Shown here piece after piece: positions 8,932 to 18,409 of a stretch of DNA of 32,000 bases. The notes under the pieces are model-generated. The model saw only the letters and a program-made list of their open reading frames with translations, was not told the origin of the DNA and ran no database searches. The DNA is from Geotalea daltonii FRC-32 (lineage in GTDB: Bacteria > Desulfobacterota > Desulfuromonadia > Geobacterales > Geobacteraceae). The stretch spans positions 2,310,001-2,342,000 of the forward strand of contig NC_011979.1 of assembly GCF_000022265.1 (NCBI RefSeq), in the 5' to 3' direction. The position numbers and the translations under genes are program-made. The first letter of the stretch is position 1. Every line of letters begins with the position of its first letter.

Positions 8932-9807
8932 ATGTCTGATATATTGAAATTCGGTATTCCTAAGGGTTCCCTTGAAGACGCCACCGTCGATCTTTTTGCC
9001 AAGGCGGGGTGGAAGATTTCCATCTCTTCCCGCAGTTACTTTCCCGGTGTTGATGATGCCGAGCTCAACTGCAAGCTGATCCGCCCCCAGGAGATGGGGA
9101 AATACGTGGAGCGCGGCACCATCGACGTAGGTATTGCCGGCCGCGACTGGGTGCGGGAGAATGACTCGGACGTGGTGGAAGTGTGCGAGATGGTCTATTC
9201 CAAGGTATCCCGCCGACCGGTGCGCTGGGTGCTTGTGGTAGCCCAGGATTCCAAGGTGCAGCGTCCCGAGGATCTCGCCGGCGCCACCCTCTCCACCGAG
9301 TTGGTGGGCTTCACCAAACGCTACTTTGCCGAGCGTAACATCCCGGTGACTGTGGAGTTTTCCTGGGGAGCAACGGAGGCCAAGGTCGTTGACGGCCTCT
9401 GCGATGCCATCGTCGAGGTGACCGAGACCGGTTCCACCATCCGCGCCAACAACCTGCGCATCGTCTGCGACCTGATGGAATCGGTGCCGGTGATGATCGC
9501 CAACCGCAAATCCTGGGAAGATCCATGGAAACGGGAGAAGATCGAGACCATCGCCACCCTGCTAAAATCGGCTCTGGCCGCCGAAGGGATGGTGGGCCTC
9601 AAGATGAACGCCCCCGGCGACAAGGCGGATGCCATCACCAAGGTTCTGCCCAGCCAGAAGGCGCCAACGGTCTCCCACCTCTACAATTCCGACTGGGTCT
9701 CCATTGAGAGCATCCTCAACGAAAAGGAAGTGCGTTCCATCGTTCCTGCGCTGCTCAAGCTCGGTGCCGAGGGGATTGTGGAATATCCGTTGAACAAGAT
9801 TATCTGA
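8932..9807 (+). CDS. hisG: ATP phosphoribosyltransferase, long form
   Basis: ORF 8926-9807 trimmed to the ATG at 8932, with GAAAGG 8 nt upstream. It is 291 aa, starts [15 protein letters not shown], and has a C-terminal regulatory-domain-length extension. Confidence 0.9.
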   Translation: MSDILKFGIPKGSLEDATVDLFAKAGWKISISSRSYFPGVDDAELNCKLIRPQEMGKYVERGTIDVGIAGRDWVRENDSDVVEVCEMVYSKVSRRPVRWVLVVAQDSKVQRPEDLAGATLSTELVGFTKRYFAERNIPVTVEFSWGATEAKVVDGLCDAIVEVTETGSTIRANNLRIVCDLMESVPVMIANRKSWEDPWKREKIETIATLLKSALAAEGMVGLKMNAPGDKADAITKVLPSQKAPTVSHLYNSDWVSIESILNEKEVRSIVPALLKLGAEGIVEYPLNKII

Positions 9808-9886
9808 TTAATTTACCGTTCAGTCACAAAAATCCAGATTATTATGCGCAAATAGCTGTAATTGAAAAGAAAAATGACATTTAGCC

Positions 9887-9915
9887 TTGACTTCCTGCTC
9901 TTAAAGAGTTATCTA
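9887..9915 (+). promoter_or_regulatory. Candidate sigma70-type promoter of the riboswitch-controlled unit
   Basis: TTGACT (9887-9892), a 17-nt spacer, then TATCTA (9910-9915). It lies in an AT-rich stretch about 30 nt upstream of the aptamer. Confidence 0.45.
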
Positions 9916-9944
9916 AGCACCTTCTTAAAAGCATAGGCAGGAAG

Positions 9945-10021
9945 ATAGACGATAATACTAAACCATCCGCGAGGGTGGGACGGAAAGCCCATTGGGTCTC
10001 ATCGAGATAGCCGGGTCGCCG
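9945..10021 (+). promoter_or_regulatory. GEMM-I class cyclic-dinucleotide riboswitch aptamer (c-di-GMP or 3',3'-cGAMP)
   Basis: The segment reads ACUAAACC-AUCC-GCGA-GGGU-GGGACGGAAAGCC-CAUUGG-GUCUC-AUC-GAGAU-AGCC-GGGUCGCCGAAAU. It has a 6-bp stem (9963-9968/9973-9978) with a GNRA loop, the conserved GACGnAAAGCC junction, a second hairpin, and an AGCCGGGUnnCCGAA 3' strand. This matches the GEMM-I skeleton as I recall it from the Vc2 reference. Confidence 0.75.
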
Positions 10022-10061
10022 AAATATCACACCGATATTATGGCGAACCGGCTTTTCTTTT
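10010..10061 (+). terminator. Intrinsic terminator forming the riboswitch expression platform
   Basis: GCCGGGTCGCC (10010-10020) pairs with GGCGAACCGGC (10042-10052) in 10 of 11 positions. This stem encloses the AATATC/GATATT helix and is followed directly by TTTTCTTTT (10053-10061). The left arm is shared with the aptamer 3' half. Confidence 0.65.
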
Positions 10062-10104
10062 GCCTTCGGAACTGGTGCCGGTTATCGCAACGAAAGGAGG
10101 ATCA

Positions 10105-10170
10105 ATGAAAGATTTAAGTAAAAAAATGAGTGCAAAGCAAAGGCGCACGAACTCATTGCCGCCACCATGA
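10105..10170 (+). CDS. Candidate 21-aa leader peptide MKDLSKKMSAKQRRTNSLPPP
   Basis: Too short for the ORF track. A strong SD, GAAAGGAGG (10092-10100), lies 4 nt before the ATG at 10105. The TGA at 10168-10170 overlaps the ATG at 10167 of the next ORF (ATGA). Confidence 0.4.
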   Translation: MKDLSKKMSAKQRRTNSLPPP

Positions 10171-10727
10171 AGAGTCTTGCCACCCTGCAGCAAGGTTTCA
10201 TTACCCTTGAGGAACTGGAATTCTATCTGGAGGGGGCCAGGCTTTCAGATCAGGCCAGCCAGTGCATCAAGGCAGTAGACCCTTTGACCACCGGCTGGCT
10301 CAGCCGCGGGGCGCTGCTGAACTTTTACCAGGCTAATCTCCGTGCCCTTGATCGCGGCGTCCGGATCACCCGCATCTTTGTCACTACCCGGGAAGAATTG
10401 GCAGATCCGGAAGTACAGAAAGTCCTGCTGACCCAGTACCGGGACGATATCGAGATGCGGATCGCATTTCGCAACGAGTTGCCCACTGCAGTGGATATCG
10501 GTGGTGTCGATACCAACAGCACCTTCGATTTTGCCATCTATGACGATCGGGCTGTAACCGACGTCTTCGGCCAATCCAGTAAATATTACGGGCGAAAGAC
10601 CTGCCAGCCTGTCGAGGTTGCCAAATACCTCTACATCTTCGAACTTCTTGAGCACAGTTCCCATGCGGTCACCCAGGAAAACGACCGGATCGTCCTGGCA
10701 AGCGATGTGCTGGAACTGGCATCCTGA
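10167..10727 (+). CDS. Hypothetical protein, 186 aa, no recognisable catalytic motif
   Basis: Clean ORF bracketed by the riboswitch and leader upstream and a strong terminator downstream. No signal peptide or TM segment. It has no SD of its own. I do not recognise the family. Confidence 0.7.
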   Translation: MKSLATLQQGFITLEELEFYLEGARLSDQASQCIKAVDPLTTGWLSRGALLNFYQANLRALDRGVRITRIFVTTREELADPEVQKVLLTQYRDDIEMRIAFRNELPTAVDIGGVDTNSTFDFAIYDDRAVTDVFGQSSKYYGRKTCQPVEVAKYLYIFELLEHSSHAVTQENDRIVLASDVLELAS

Positions 10728-10762
10728 TACAACAGCGTTGCTTTCCATAAAATGCCAAAGCA

Positions 10763-10803
10763 AAGAAGACCCGCTGGACTCCGATCCAGCGGGTCTTCTT
10801 TTT
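10763..10803 (+). terminator. Rho-independent terminator
   Basis: AAGAAGACCCGCTGGA (10763-10778) pairs perfectly over 16 bp with TCCAGCGGGTCTTCTT (10785-10800). The loop is CTCCGA and a T-rich tail follows. Confidence 0.85.
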
Positions 10804-11009
10804 ATGGAGATGCGGGGCCGATGCCCTCCCTCAGGTCTTCTTCTCATTTGGATAAATTTAATATGAAAACCATTACCGAACGTGATAGAAATCTTGGGAC
10901 CAGGGAGAAATGCACTGGCGAGAAAGTTCAACAATTGACAGGCAGGAACCCACGTCCACAGCGACCGGGGAGACCGAAAAAGGGAAAATAATCCGTATTA
11001 TGTTCTCCA

Positions 11010-11049
11010 ATTTGCTTGTCCCCAGATTTGCTTGTCCCCAGATTTTGCT
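11010..11049. repeat. 16-bp tandem duplication (ATTTGCTTGTCCCCAG x2 plus a partial third copy)
   Basis: Exact copies at 11010-11025 and 11026-11041, then ATTTTGCT. It lies inside a non-coding, AT-richer stretch. Confidence 0.85.
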
Positions 11050-11194
11050 GAAGTTCACCGAACTAGCCGGGAAAATGGGACGTGATGTGTCAACACTCAG
11101 TTCTGCAGCGGAGCGAATACGTGACAACAAGGCCTAAGACCCGCCTAAAACTAGCGGTTCAAAGCCACATCCGTTGGTCCAGAGGAAAAAACAA

Positions 11195-11797
11195 ATGGAA
11201 ACACTAGAAGAGAAAATTGCGAGGGTGGTGAAAGAGGAAGTGGCCATTGTGCCATATGATCCCCGATGGAGAGACCTCTTTGAAGAAGAGAGGAGACATC
11301 TTCTATCGTGCTTGCCTCATGATCTGGTGAAAAGGATCGAACATTTTGGGAGCACAGCTGTCCCAGGCCTCACGGCCAAACCCATCGTGGACATTCTGGT
11401 CGAGGTAACAAGCCTCGATGAAACCCAAAAGCTTATTGCCCCCATCTTGGAAGCGCAAGGGTACGACTATTTCTGGAGACCCACATGTGGAGATGACACG
11501 CCTCCATTCTATGCTTGGTTCATAAAGCGAGACAAGAACGGAAACAGAACACATCATATTCATATGATTGAACGCGATTTTGAACACTGGGACAGACTCC
11601 TGTTTCGGGACTACCTCATTGATCATCCAGATGCTGCACGGGAGTACGAGGATCTCAAGACACAGCTCTCTGAGGCGCACCATGGTGATCGTGTCTCCTA
11701 CACGAAGGCCAAGAGCGATTTTGTCAACCTAGTAACCGAAATGGCCAAAGCAGACTTACAGAAAGGCCCAACCACTCGGCGGCAGACAACCGGCTGA
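11195..11797 (+). CDS. GrpB-family protein (UPF0157, nucleotidyltransferase-fold)
   Basis: ORF 11174-11797 trimmed to the ATG at 11195, with GAGGA 8 nt upstream. Typical GrpB blocks are present: VPYDPRW, IEHFGSTAVPGLTAKPIVDILVEV, HHIHM, RDYL..HPD...Y..LK. Confidence 0.85.
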   Translation: METLEEKIARVVKEEVAIVPYDPRWRDLFEEERRHLLSCLPHDLVKRIEHFGSTAVPGLTAKPIVDILVEVTSLDETQKLIAPILEAQGYDYFWRPTCGDDTPPFYAWFIKRDKNGNRTHHIHMIERDFEHWDRLLFRDYLIDHPDAAREYEDLKTQLSEAHHGDRVSYTKAKSDFVNLVTEMAKADLQKGPTTRRQTTG

Positions 11798-11835
11798 AGC
11801 CGCCGCTGCGCTTAGGCACCGCTGTGCTGCACTAC

Positions 11836-11993
11836 CAGGTTGTTGAAAAACGTCATGAGGAGGTCGCTATGCAAGGCTCAAGCGAGCGAGGAGACGAGTC
11901 GTACCCTATGTACGTTGAGTTTCCGAGCGAGCGGCAACGTAGCAGAGCGACCCTTTAGGCCCCGCGGGTCCGCAATAGTTTTTCAACAACCTG
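11836..11993. repeat. MITE-like element copy B with perfect 16-bp terminal inverted repeats
   Basis: CAGGTTGTTGAAAAAC (11836-11851) is the exact reverse complement of GTTTTTCAACAACCTG (11978-11993). The interior is homologous to 6549-6688 in the opposite orientation. The conserved central hairpin CGTAC-N5-GTACG lies at 11900-11914, and at 6611-6625 in copy A. Confidence 0.8.
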
Positions 11994-12107
11994 CTATAGG
12001 AGGCATTACTGCATGGAAGTAGAGATAGTCACAACCGCCCAACCATCAGGTGGTGTGGTGAACCCCCTCGGATCGTCATGATCAATGCCTGATAAAAGGA
12101 GAGATTT

Positions 12108-12968
12108 ATGAAGGGAGTCATATGGAGCATAATGCTTGTTTTGCTTTTCTGTACAGGGGCGTCTGCCGAATCGTCGGTCTGGAAGGCGCAAAAGGATAAT
12201 TCCACCATCTATCTGGGTGGAACCTGCCATGTCCTGCGCGAGTCCGATTATCCGCTGCCGCCGGAATTTGAAAAGGCTTACAAGGCATCGGAAACTGTGG
12301 TCTTTGAGACAGACATCGCTAAACTGCAGGATCCATCCATGCAACAGCAGTTGCTGGCAAAGGCCATGTATACCGACGGCAGCACCGCTGATAAACACCT
12401 GTCACCCAAGGTGTATGGCCAGCTCAGCTCCTTTTGTGAAACAAACGGCATTCCCATCAAAGCTTTCAGCCAATTCAAGCCGGCGATGATAATGTTGACG
12501 CTGACAGTCATTGAGCTTAAGAAACTGGGGGCTACCGAACAGGGGGTGGACCAGTTTTTCCACAGCCTGGCCAGTAGGGACAAAAAGCCCGTGGAGGGAC
12601 TTGAGACGGTTGAGGAACAAATTGATTACATCGCTACCATGGCCGATGGCAACGAAGATGATTTCGTGCTCCACTCCCTGAAGGATATGAAGACCATGGA
12701 CGAGCAGTTCAGTAATCTTGCAGCTGCATGGCGCAAGGGGGATGGCAGGAAACTGGACGAGTTGATGGTCAATGATCTCAAATCACGGCAACCGCAGCTC
12801 TACAAGAGATTGATCACCGATCGCAACAGAAACTGGTTTCCCTTGATCGACGCCTATCTAAAAACGCCCCGGACTGAATTCATCCTGGTCGGAGTTGGCC
12901 ACCTGGTGGGGCCGGACGGGATCGTAGAGGCGCTGAAGAAGAAGGGATACAAAGTGGAAAAATTCTGA
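12108..12968 (+). CDS. TraB/GumN-family protein, secreted
   Basis: 286-aa ORF with SD AAAGGAGAG and signal peptide MKGVIWSIMLVLLFCTGASA. Family-typical blocks are present: IYLGGTCHVL, FETD, and GVGHLVGPDGI near the C-terminus. Confidence 0.85.
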   Translation: MKGVIWSIMLVLLFCTGASAESSVWKAQKDNSTIYLGGTCHVLRESDYPLPPEFEKAYKASETVVFETDIAKLQDPSMQQQLLAKAMYTDGSTADKHLSPKVYGQLSSFCETNGIPIKAFSQFKPAMIMLTLTVIELKKLGATEQGVDQFFHSLASRDKKPVEGLETVEEQIDYIATMADGNEDDFVLHSLKDMKTMDEQFSNLAAAWRKGDGRKLDELMVNDLKSRQPQLYKRLITDRNRNWFPLIDAYLKTPRTEFILVGVGHLVGPDGIVEALKKKGYKVEKF

Positions 12969-12971
12969 CAA

Positions 12972-12999
12972 AAAAGGCCACCATTTCCGGTGGCCTTTT
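12972..12999. terminator. Bidirectional rho-independent terminator between the convergent TraB-family gene and ettA
   Basis: AAAAGGCCACC (12972-12982) pairs perfectly with GGTGGCCTTTT (12989-12999), loop ATTTCC. The A-run on one side and T-run on the other allow it to work for both strands. Confidence 0.8.
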
Positions 13000-13003
13000 G
13001 CGT

Positions 13004-14683
<1,680 letters not shown>

Positions 14684-14808
14684 AGGATTTTCTTTATTCC
14701 TCCTCACAATTGAATGGCCTCATTTTTACACGTGCTTCAATGGGCCTGTCAACATCTCTTTGCCCATGCATCGCACATTTATCCCTTGCTCCCCCACCGG
14801 CTTTTTCC

Positions 14809-14837
14809 TTGACTAAAGGAGAGCAAATACGTTAATT
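14809..14837 (+). promoter_or_regulatory. Candidate sigma70-type promoter for lysS
   Basis: TTGACT (14809-14814), a 17-nt spacer, then TTAATT (14832-14837). Sequence match only. Confidence 0.3.
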
Positions 14838-14886
14838 TGTCGGTTTGGAAAACCGGCCAGAAGGCTTTTTCAGGAAAGGCGATACC

Positions 14887-16371
14887 GTGGCAACTGAAGA
14901 ACTGAGTGAATTGTTGTTGCAGAGAAGACGCAAGGTTGACAGCATGTGGGAAGCGGGGATCAATCCTTATCCCAACGATTTCAGACCCGAACACACCTCG
15001 GCTGATCTTGTTGCCGCCTATGGCAATGTACAGGAGATCGAGGCCGACCCGCAGCATTTTATCGTTGCCGGGAGGATCATTGCCCGCCGTTCCTTCGGCA
15101 AGGCTGCCTTCGTGCAGCTCCAGGACCGCAAGGGGCGTTTCCAGCTTTATGTGAAGAAAGATGCGGTTGGAGAGGAAGTTTTCGAACAATTCGAATCTTT
15201 CGATATAGGCGATATCGTCGGTGCGACCGGTTATCCTTTTCGCACCAAGACCGGCGAGCTTTCCCTCCATGTCGAGCAGATCAGGCTTCTAACCAAGTCA
15301 CTCTTGCCGCTACCCGAGAAATTCCACGGCCTTACCGATGTGGAGACCCGCTATCGCCAGCGGTATGTGGATTTGATCGTCAATCCCGAGGTTCGGGAAC
15401 TGTTCGTCAAACGCTCCAGGGTCATTAATCTGATCCGCGAATTCATGGTGAAGAATGACTTTCTGGAAGTGGAAACGCCGATGATGCAGCAGATCCCCGG
15501 TGGAGCCACGGCGCGTCCCTTTGTCACCCATCACAATGCCCTGGATATGGAGCTCTTTCTCCGCATCGCCCCTGAACTTTACCTGAAAAGACTTGTGGTA
15601 GGAGGCCTCGACCGGGTTTTCGAGATCAATCGCAATTTCCGCAATGAGGGAATCTCTGTTCGCCACAACCCTGAATTCACCATGATGGAGTTCTACCAGG
15701 CCTACGCCACCTTCGAGGACCTGATGAACTACACCGAGGAACTGCTCTGCCATGTGGCGCAGAATGTCCTCGGCACCCTCGATTTCAGCTACCAGGGAAT
15801 GCCGATCAGCTTCCAGCGCCCGTGGAAACGTTTCACTGTCAAGGAGGCGATCCTGGAATACGGCGACATCGATGCCAAATCCCTGGAGGATCGGGACATG
15901 GCCTATGCCTACGCCAAAAAGATCGGCCTCGATCTGCCCGAAGATATCGGTTACGGCAAGCTCATTACCGAAATATTCGAGGAAGTGGCGGAAACGAAAC
16001 TGATCCAGCCTACCTTCATCACCGCTTACCCCACCGAGGTTTCCCCCCTGTCGCGGAAAAGCGACCACGACCCGGAGATCGTCGACCGCTTCGAGTTTTT
16101 CTGTGCCGGTCGCGAAATGGCCAATGCCTTTTCCGAGCTTAACGATCCGGTGGACCAGAAGGAGCGCTTTCTTGCCCAGGTTGCTGCCAAGGCCAAGGGT
16201 GATGAAGAGGCCCATTACATGGATGAAGATTACATCAGGGCGCTGGAATACGGTATGCCACCCACTGCAGGGGAGGGTATCGGTATTGACCGGCTGGTGA
16301 TGCTTCTTTGCGATGCTCCCTCCATCCGCGATGTAATTCTCTTTCCCCAACTGCGAAAAGAAGTAAAATAA
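14887..16371 (+). CDS. lysS: Lysine--tRNA ligase, class II
   Basis: The ORF track starts at TTG 14845. I prefer GTG 14887, which lies 7 nt after AGGAAAGG and gives 494 aa. The N-terminal OB-fold region and class II core (ETPMMQ, NRNFRNEGIS, GIGIDRLVM) are typical of LysS. Confidence 0.9.
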   Translation: MATEELSELLLQRRRKVDSMWEAGINPYPNDFRPEHTSADLVAAYGNVQEIEADPQHFIVAGRIIARRSFGKAAFVQLQDRKGRFQLYVKKDAVGEEVFEQFESFDIGDIVGATGYPFRTKTGELSLHVEQIRLLTKSLLPLPEKFHGLTDVETRYRQRYVDLIVNPEVRELFVKRSRVINLIREFMVKNDFLEVETPMMQQIPGGATARPFVTHHNALDMELFLRIAPELYLKRLVVGGLDRVFEINRNFRNEGISVRHNPEFTMMEFYQAYATFEDLMNYTEELLCHVAQNVLGTLDFSYQGMPISFQRPWKRFTVKEAILEYGDIDAKSLEDRDMAYAYAKKIGLDLPEDIGYGKLITEIFEEVAETKLIQPTFITAYPTEVSPLSRKSDHDPEIVDRFEFFCAGREMANAFSELNDPVDQKERFLAQVAAKAKGDEEAHYMDEDYIRALEYGMPPTAGEGIGIDRLVMLLCDAPSIRDVILFPQLRKEVK

Positions 16372-16373
16372 TG

Positions 16374-16400
16374 ATGAATTGTCCCGGCAATTCATTTTTT
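16374..16400 (+). terminator. Weak rho-independent terminator after lysS
   Basis: ATGAATTG (16374-16381) pairs with CAATTCAT (16388-16395), followed by TTTTT. The stem is AT-rich and only 8 bp, so it is probably leaky. Confidence 0.45.
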
Positions 16401-16417
16401 GAGGTTATAAAATAAAT

Positions 16418-17692
16418 ATGCCTTTTGAACTCTTCATCGGTCTCCGTTATCTGAAGGCGAAACGCAAGGCGACCTTCATCTCGCTGATCACGCTTATTTC
16501 CGTTGCCGGCGTGGCACTGGGGGTAATGGCGCTGATCATCGTCCTTGCCGTCATGACCGGTTTTGAAGAAGACCTCAAAGAGAAGATTCTCGGCACCAAC
16601 GCCCATATCGTAGTGCTGAAAAGCGGCGAGGGAATAGAAGACCATCAGCAGCTGATGGACCGGTTGAAAAAATTCAAGGGCGTAGTTGCAACCACGCCGT
16701 TCATTTACAGCCAGGTGATGCTGACCACCGGCAAAAATGTATCGGGGGTGGTACTGCGTGGGGTGGATACCAAGACCGATGCCCAGGTAACCAATCTGCA
16801 CAAGACGGTGGTTGAGGGAAACCTGGTTGACTTGGATCGCCGGACACCGTTGCCGTCGAAGAGTGACGAATCACCGCTGCCGGGAATTGTAATCGGCAAG
16901 GAATTGGCCAAGAACCTCAACCTTTTTCTCGGCGACAGCGTCAATGTAGTCTCTCCCATGGGTAATATTACACCGCTTGGCATGATGCCGAAGATGAAGC
17001 GTTTCCGCCTGGTGGGTATCTTCAACACTGGTATGTTCGAATATGATTCTACCCTGGCCTATGTGGGGCTCGGTGACGCGCAGGATTTCCTCGGATTGGG
17101 CTCGGCCGTTACCGGCATCCAACTTAAGGTTGCCGATGTGTACAAGAGCGGTGAAATTACACGCAGGATCAATCAGGAGCTGGGCTTTCCTTATTTTGCC
17201 AGGGACTGGATGCAGATGAACAAAAACATTCTCTTCGCCCTCCGGACGGAGAAGGTTGTCATGTTCATCATTCTTACACTGATCGTCCTGGTGGCCGCCT
17301 TCGGCATTGCTTCGACACTGTTCATGGTGGTCATGGAGAAGACACGGGACATCGCCATTCTCAAATCCATGGGGGCTACCAGCAGAAGCGTCATGCGCAT
17401 TTTCGTCTTCGAGGGACTTATCATCGGTTTTTTCGGTACGGCCATCGGCGTTCTCGGGGGGCTGCTTGTGGCCCTTAACCTGGAGCCGATCGTCAATACG
17501 GTGCAAAAGCTGACCGGTTTCCAGTTTTTCAGCAAGGATATTTATTACCTGGACCATTTCCCTTCGCTGGTCATCCCCTCGGATGTGATACTCATTTCAG
17601 TCACAGCCATCGTCATCTCTTTCGTTGCAACCCTTTACCCGTCATGGCAGGCATCGAGACTTTCCCCAGCCGAGGCACTGCGCTATGAGTAA
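16418..17692 (+). CDS. lolC: Lipoprotein-releasing ABC transporter permease (LolC/LolE family)
   Basis: 424-aa ORF starting [17 protein letters not shown], which is typical of LolC/E. It has a large periplasmic loop and a C-terminal FtsX-type 4-TM domain. It is followed by lolD, with an 8-nt overlap. Confidence 0.85.
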   Translation: MPFELFIGLRYLKAKRKATFISLITLISVAGVALGVMALIIVLAVMTGFEEDLKEKILGTNAHIVVLKSGEGIEDHQQLMDRLKKFKGVVATTPFIYSQVMLTTGKNVSGVVLRGVDTKTDAQVTNLHKTVVEGNLVDLDRRTPLPSKSDESPLPGIVIGKELAKNLNLFLGDSVNVVSPMGNITPLGMMPKMKRFRLVGIFNTGMFEYDSTLAYVGLGDAQDFLGLGSAVTGIQLKVADVYKSGEITRRINQELGFPYFARDWMQMNKNILFALRTEKVVMFIILTLIVLVAAFGIASTLFMVVMEKTRDIAILKSMGATSRSVMRIFVFEGLIIGFFGTAIGVLGGLLVALNLEPIVNTVQKLTGFQFFSKDIYYLDHFPSLVIPSDVILISVTAIVISFVATLYPSWQASRLSPAEALRYE

Positions 17693-18356
17693 TCTGCTGG
17701 AGGTCAGTGACCTGTATAAATCTTACGGCAGTGGTGCGGGCAAGGTGGAGGTGCTGAAGGGAATCAGCCTGAATGTGACTGCCGGTGAAACCATCGCCCT
17801 GGTAGGGGCTTCGGGGGCAGGCAAGAGCACGCTGATGCATGTGCTCGGCACCATCGATACCCCTACCTCCGGTGTGGTAAAATTCGATGGGGAGGAGATC
17901 TTCAAGCTGGGGGGCGCTGCCCTCGCATCGTTCAGAAATCTCTCCATAGGATTCGTCTTCCAGTTTCACCATCTCCTGCCGGAATTCACCGCCCTGGAGA
18001 ATGCGATGATGCCGCTTCTGATCGGCGGCACCAAGCGGAGCGAAGCGGAACCCATCGCTGCCGGCCTTTTGCGCGATGTGGGGCTGTCCCACCGCCTGAC
18101 CCATAAACCGGGAGAGCTTTCCGGCGGCGAGCAGCAGCGGGTGGCAATTGCCCGTGCCCTGGTCCGTTCACCAAAGCTGCTTCTGGCCGACGAACCGACG
18201 GGTAATCTTGATATGAAAACCAGTGACGAGGTCCATGATCTCTTGATGGATATTCATGTCAAAAGGGGACTTACCCTGATCATTGTCACTCACAATGAAA
18301 AGCTGGCGGCCAAGATGGCCAGGACCATCCGCATGGTTGATGGCAGGATCAGCTGA
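17685..18356 (+). CDS. lolD: Lipoprotein-releasing ABC transporter ATP-binding protein
   Basis: ORF 17625-18356 trimmed to the ATG at 17685 ([15 protein letters not shown]). Walker [10 protein letters not shown], signature LSGGEQQR and Walker [13 protein letters not shown] are present. Confidence 0.9.
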   Translation: MSNLLEVSDLYKSYGSGAGKVEVLKGISLNVTAGETIALVGASGAGKSTLMHVLGTIDTPTSGVVKFDGEEIFKLGGAALASFRNLSIGFVFQFHHLLPEFTALENAMMPLLIGGTKRSEAEPIAAGLLRDVGLSHRLTHKPGELSGGEQQRVAIARALVRSPKLLLADEPTGNLDMKTSDEVHDLLMDIHVKRGLTLIIVTHNEKLAAKMARTIRMVDGRIS

Positions 18357-18409
18357 TCAGAACATCTAGTTGTTCAATTTAACGACTGACCGACTTTTTC
18401 GGGGGATGC

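Noticed and set aside
12013-12081. Short ORF MEVEIVTTAQPSGGVVNPLGSS. It is preceded by a perfect AGGAGG (11998-12003, 9-nt spacing), just after the MITE-like element and upstream of the TraB/GumN gene.
   Set aside because: The peptide has no distinguishing features. The TraB/GumN gene has its own strong SD, and I cannot test conservation. It may be a chance ORF next to an SD-like word, so it is flagged here only.
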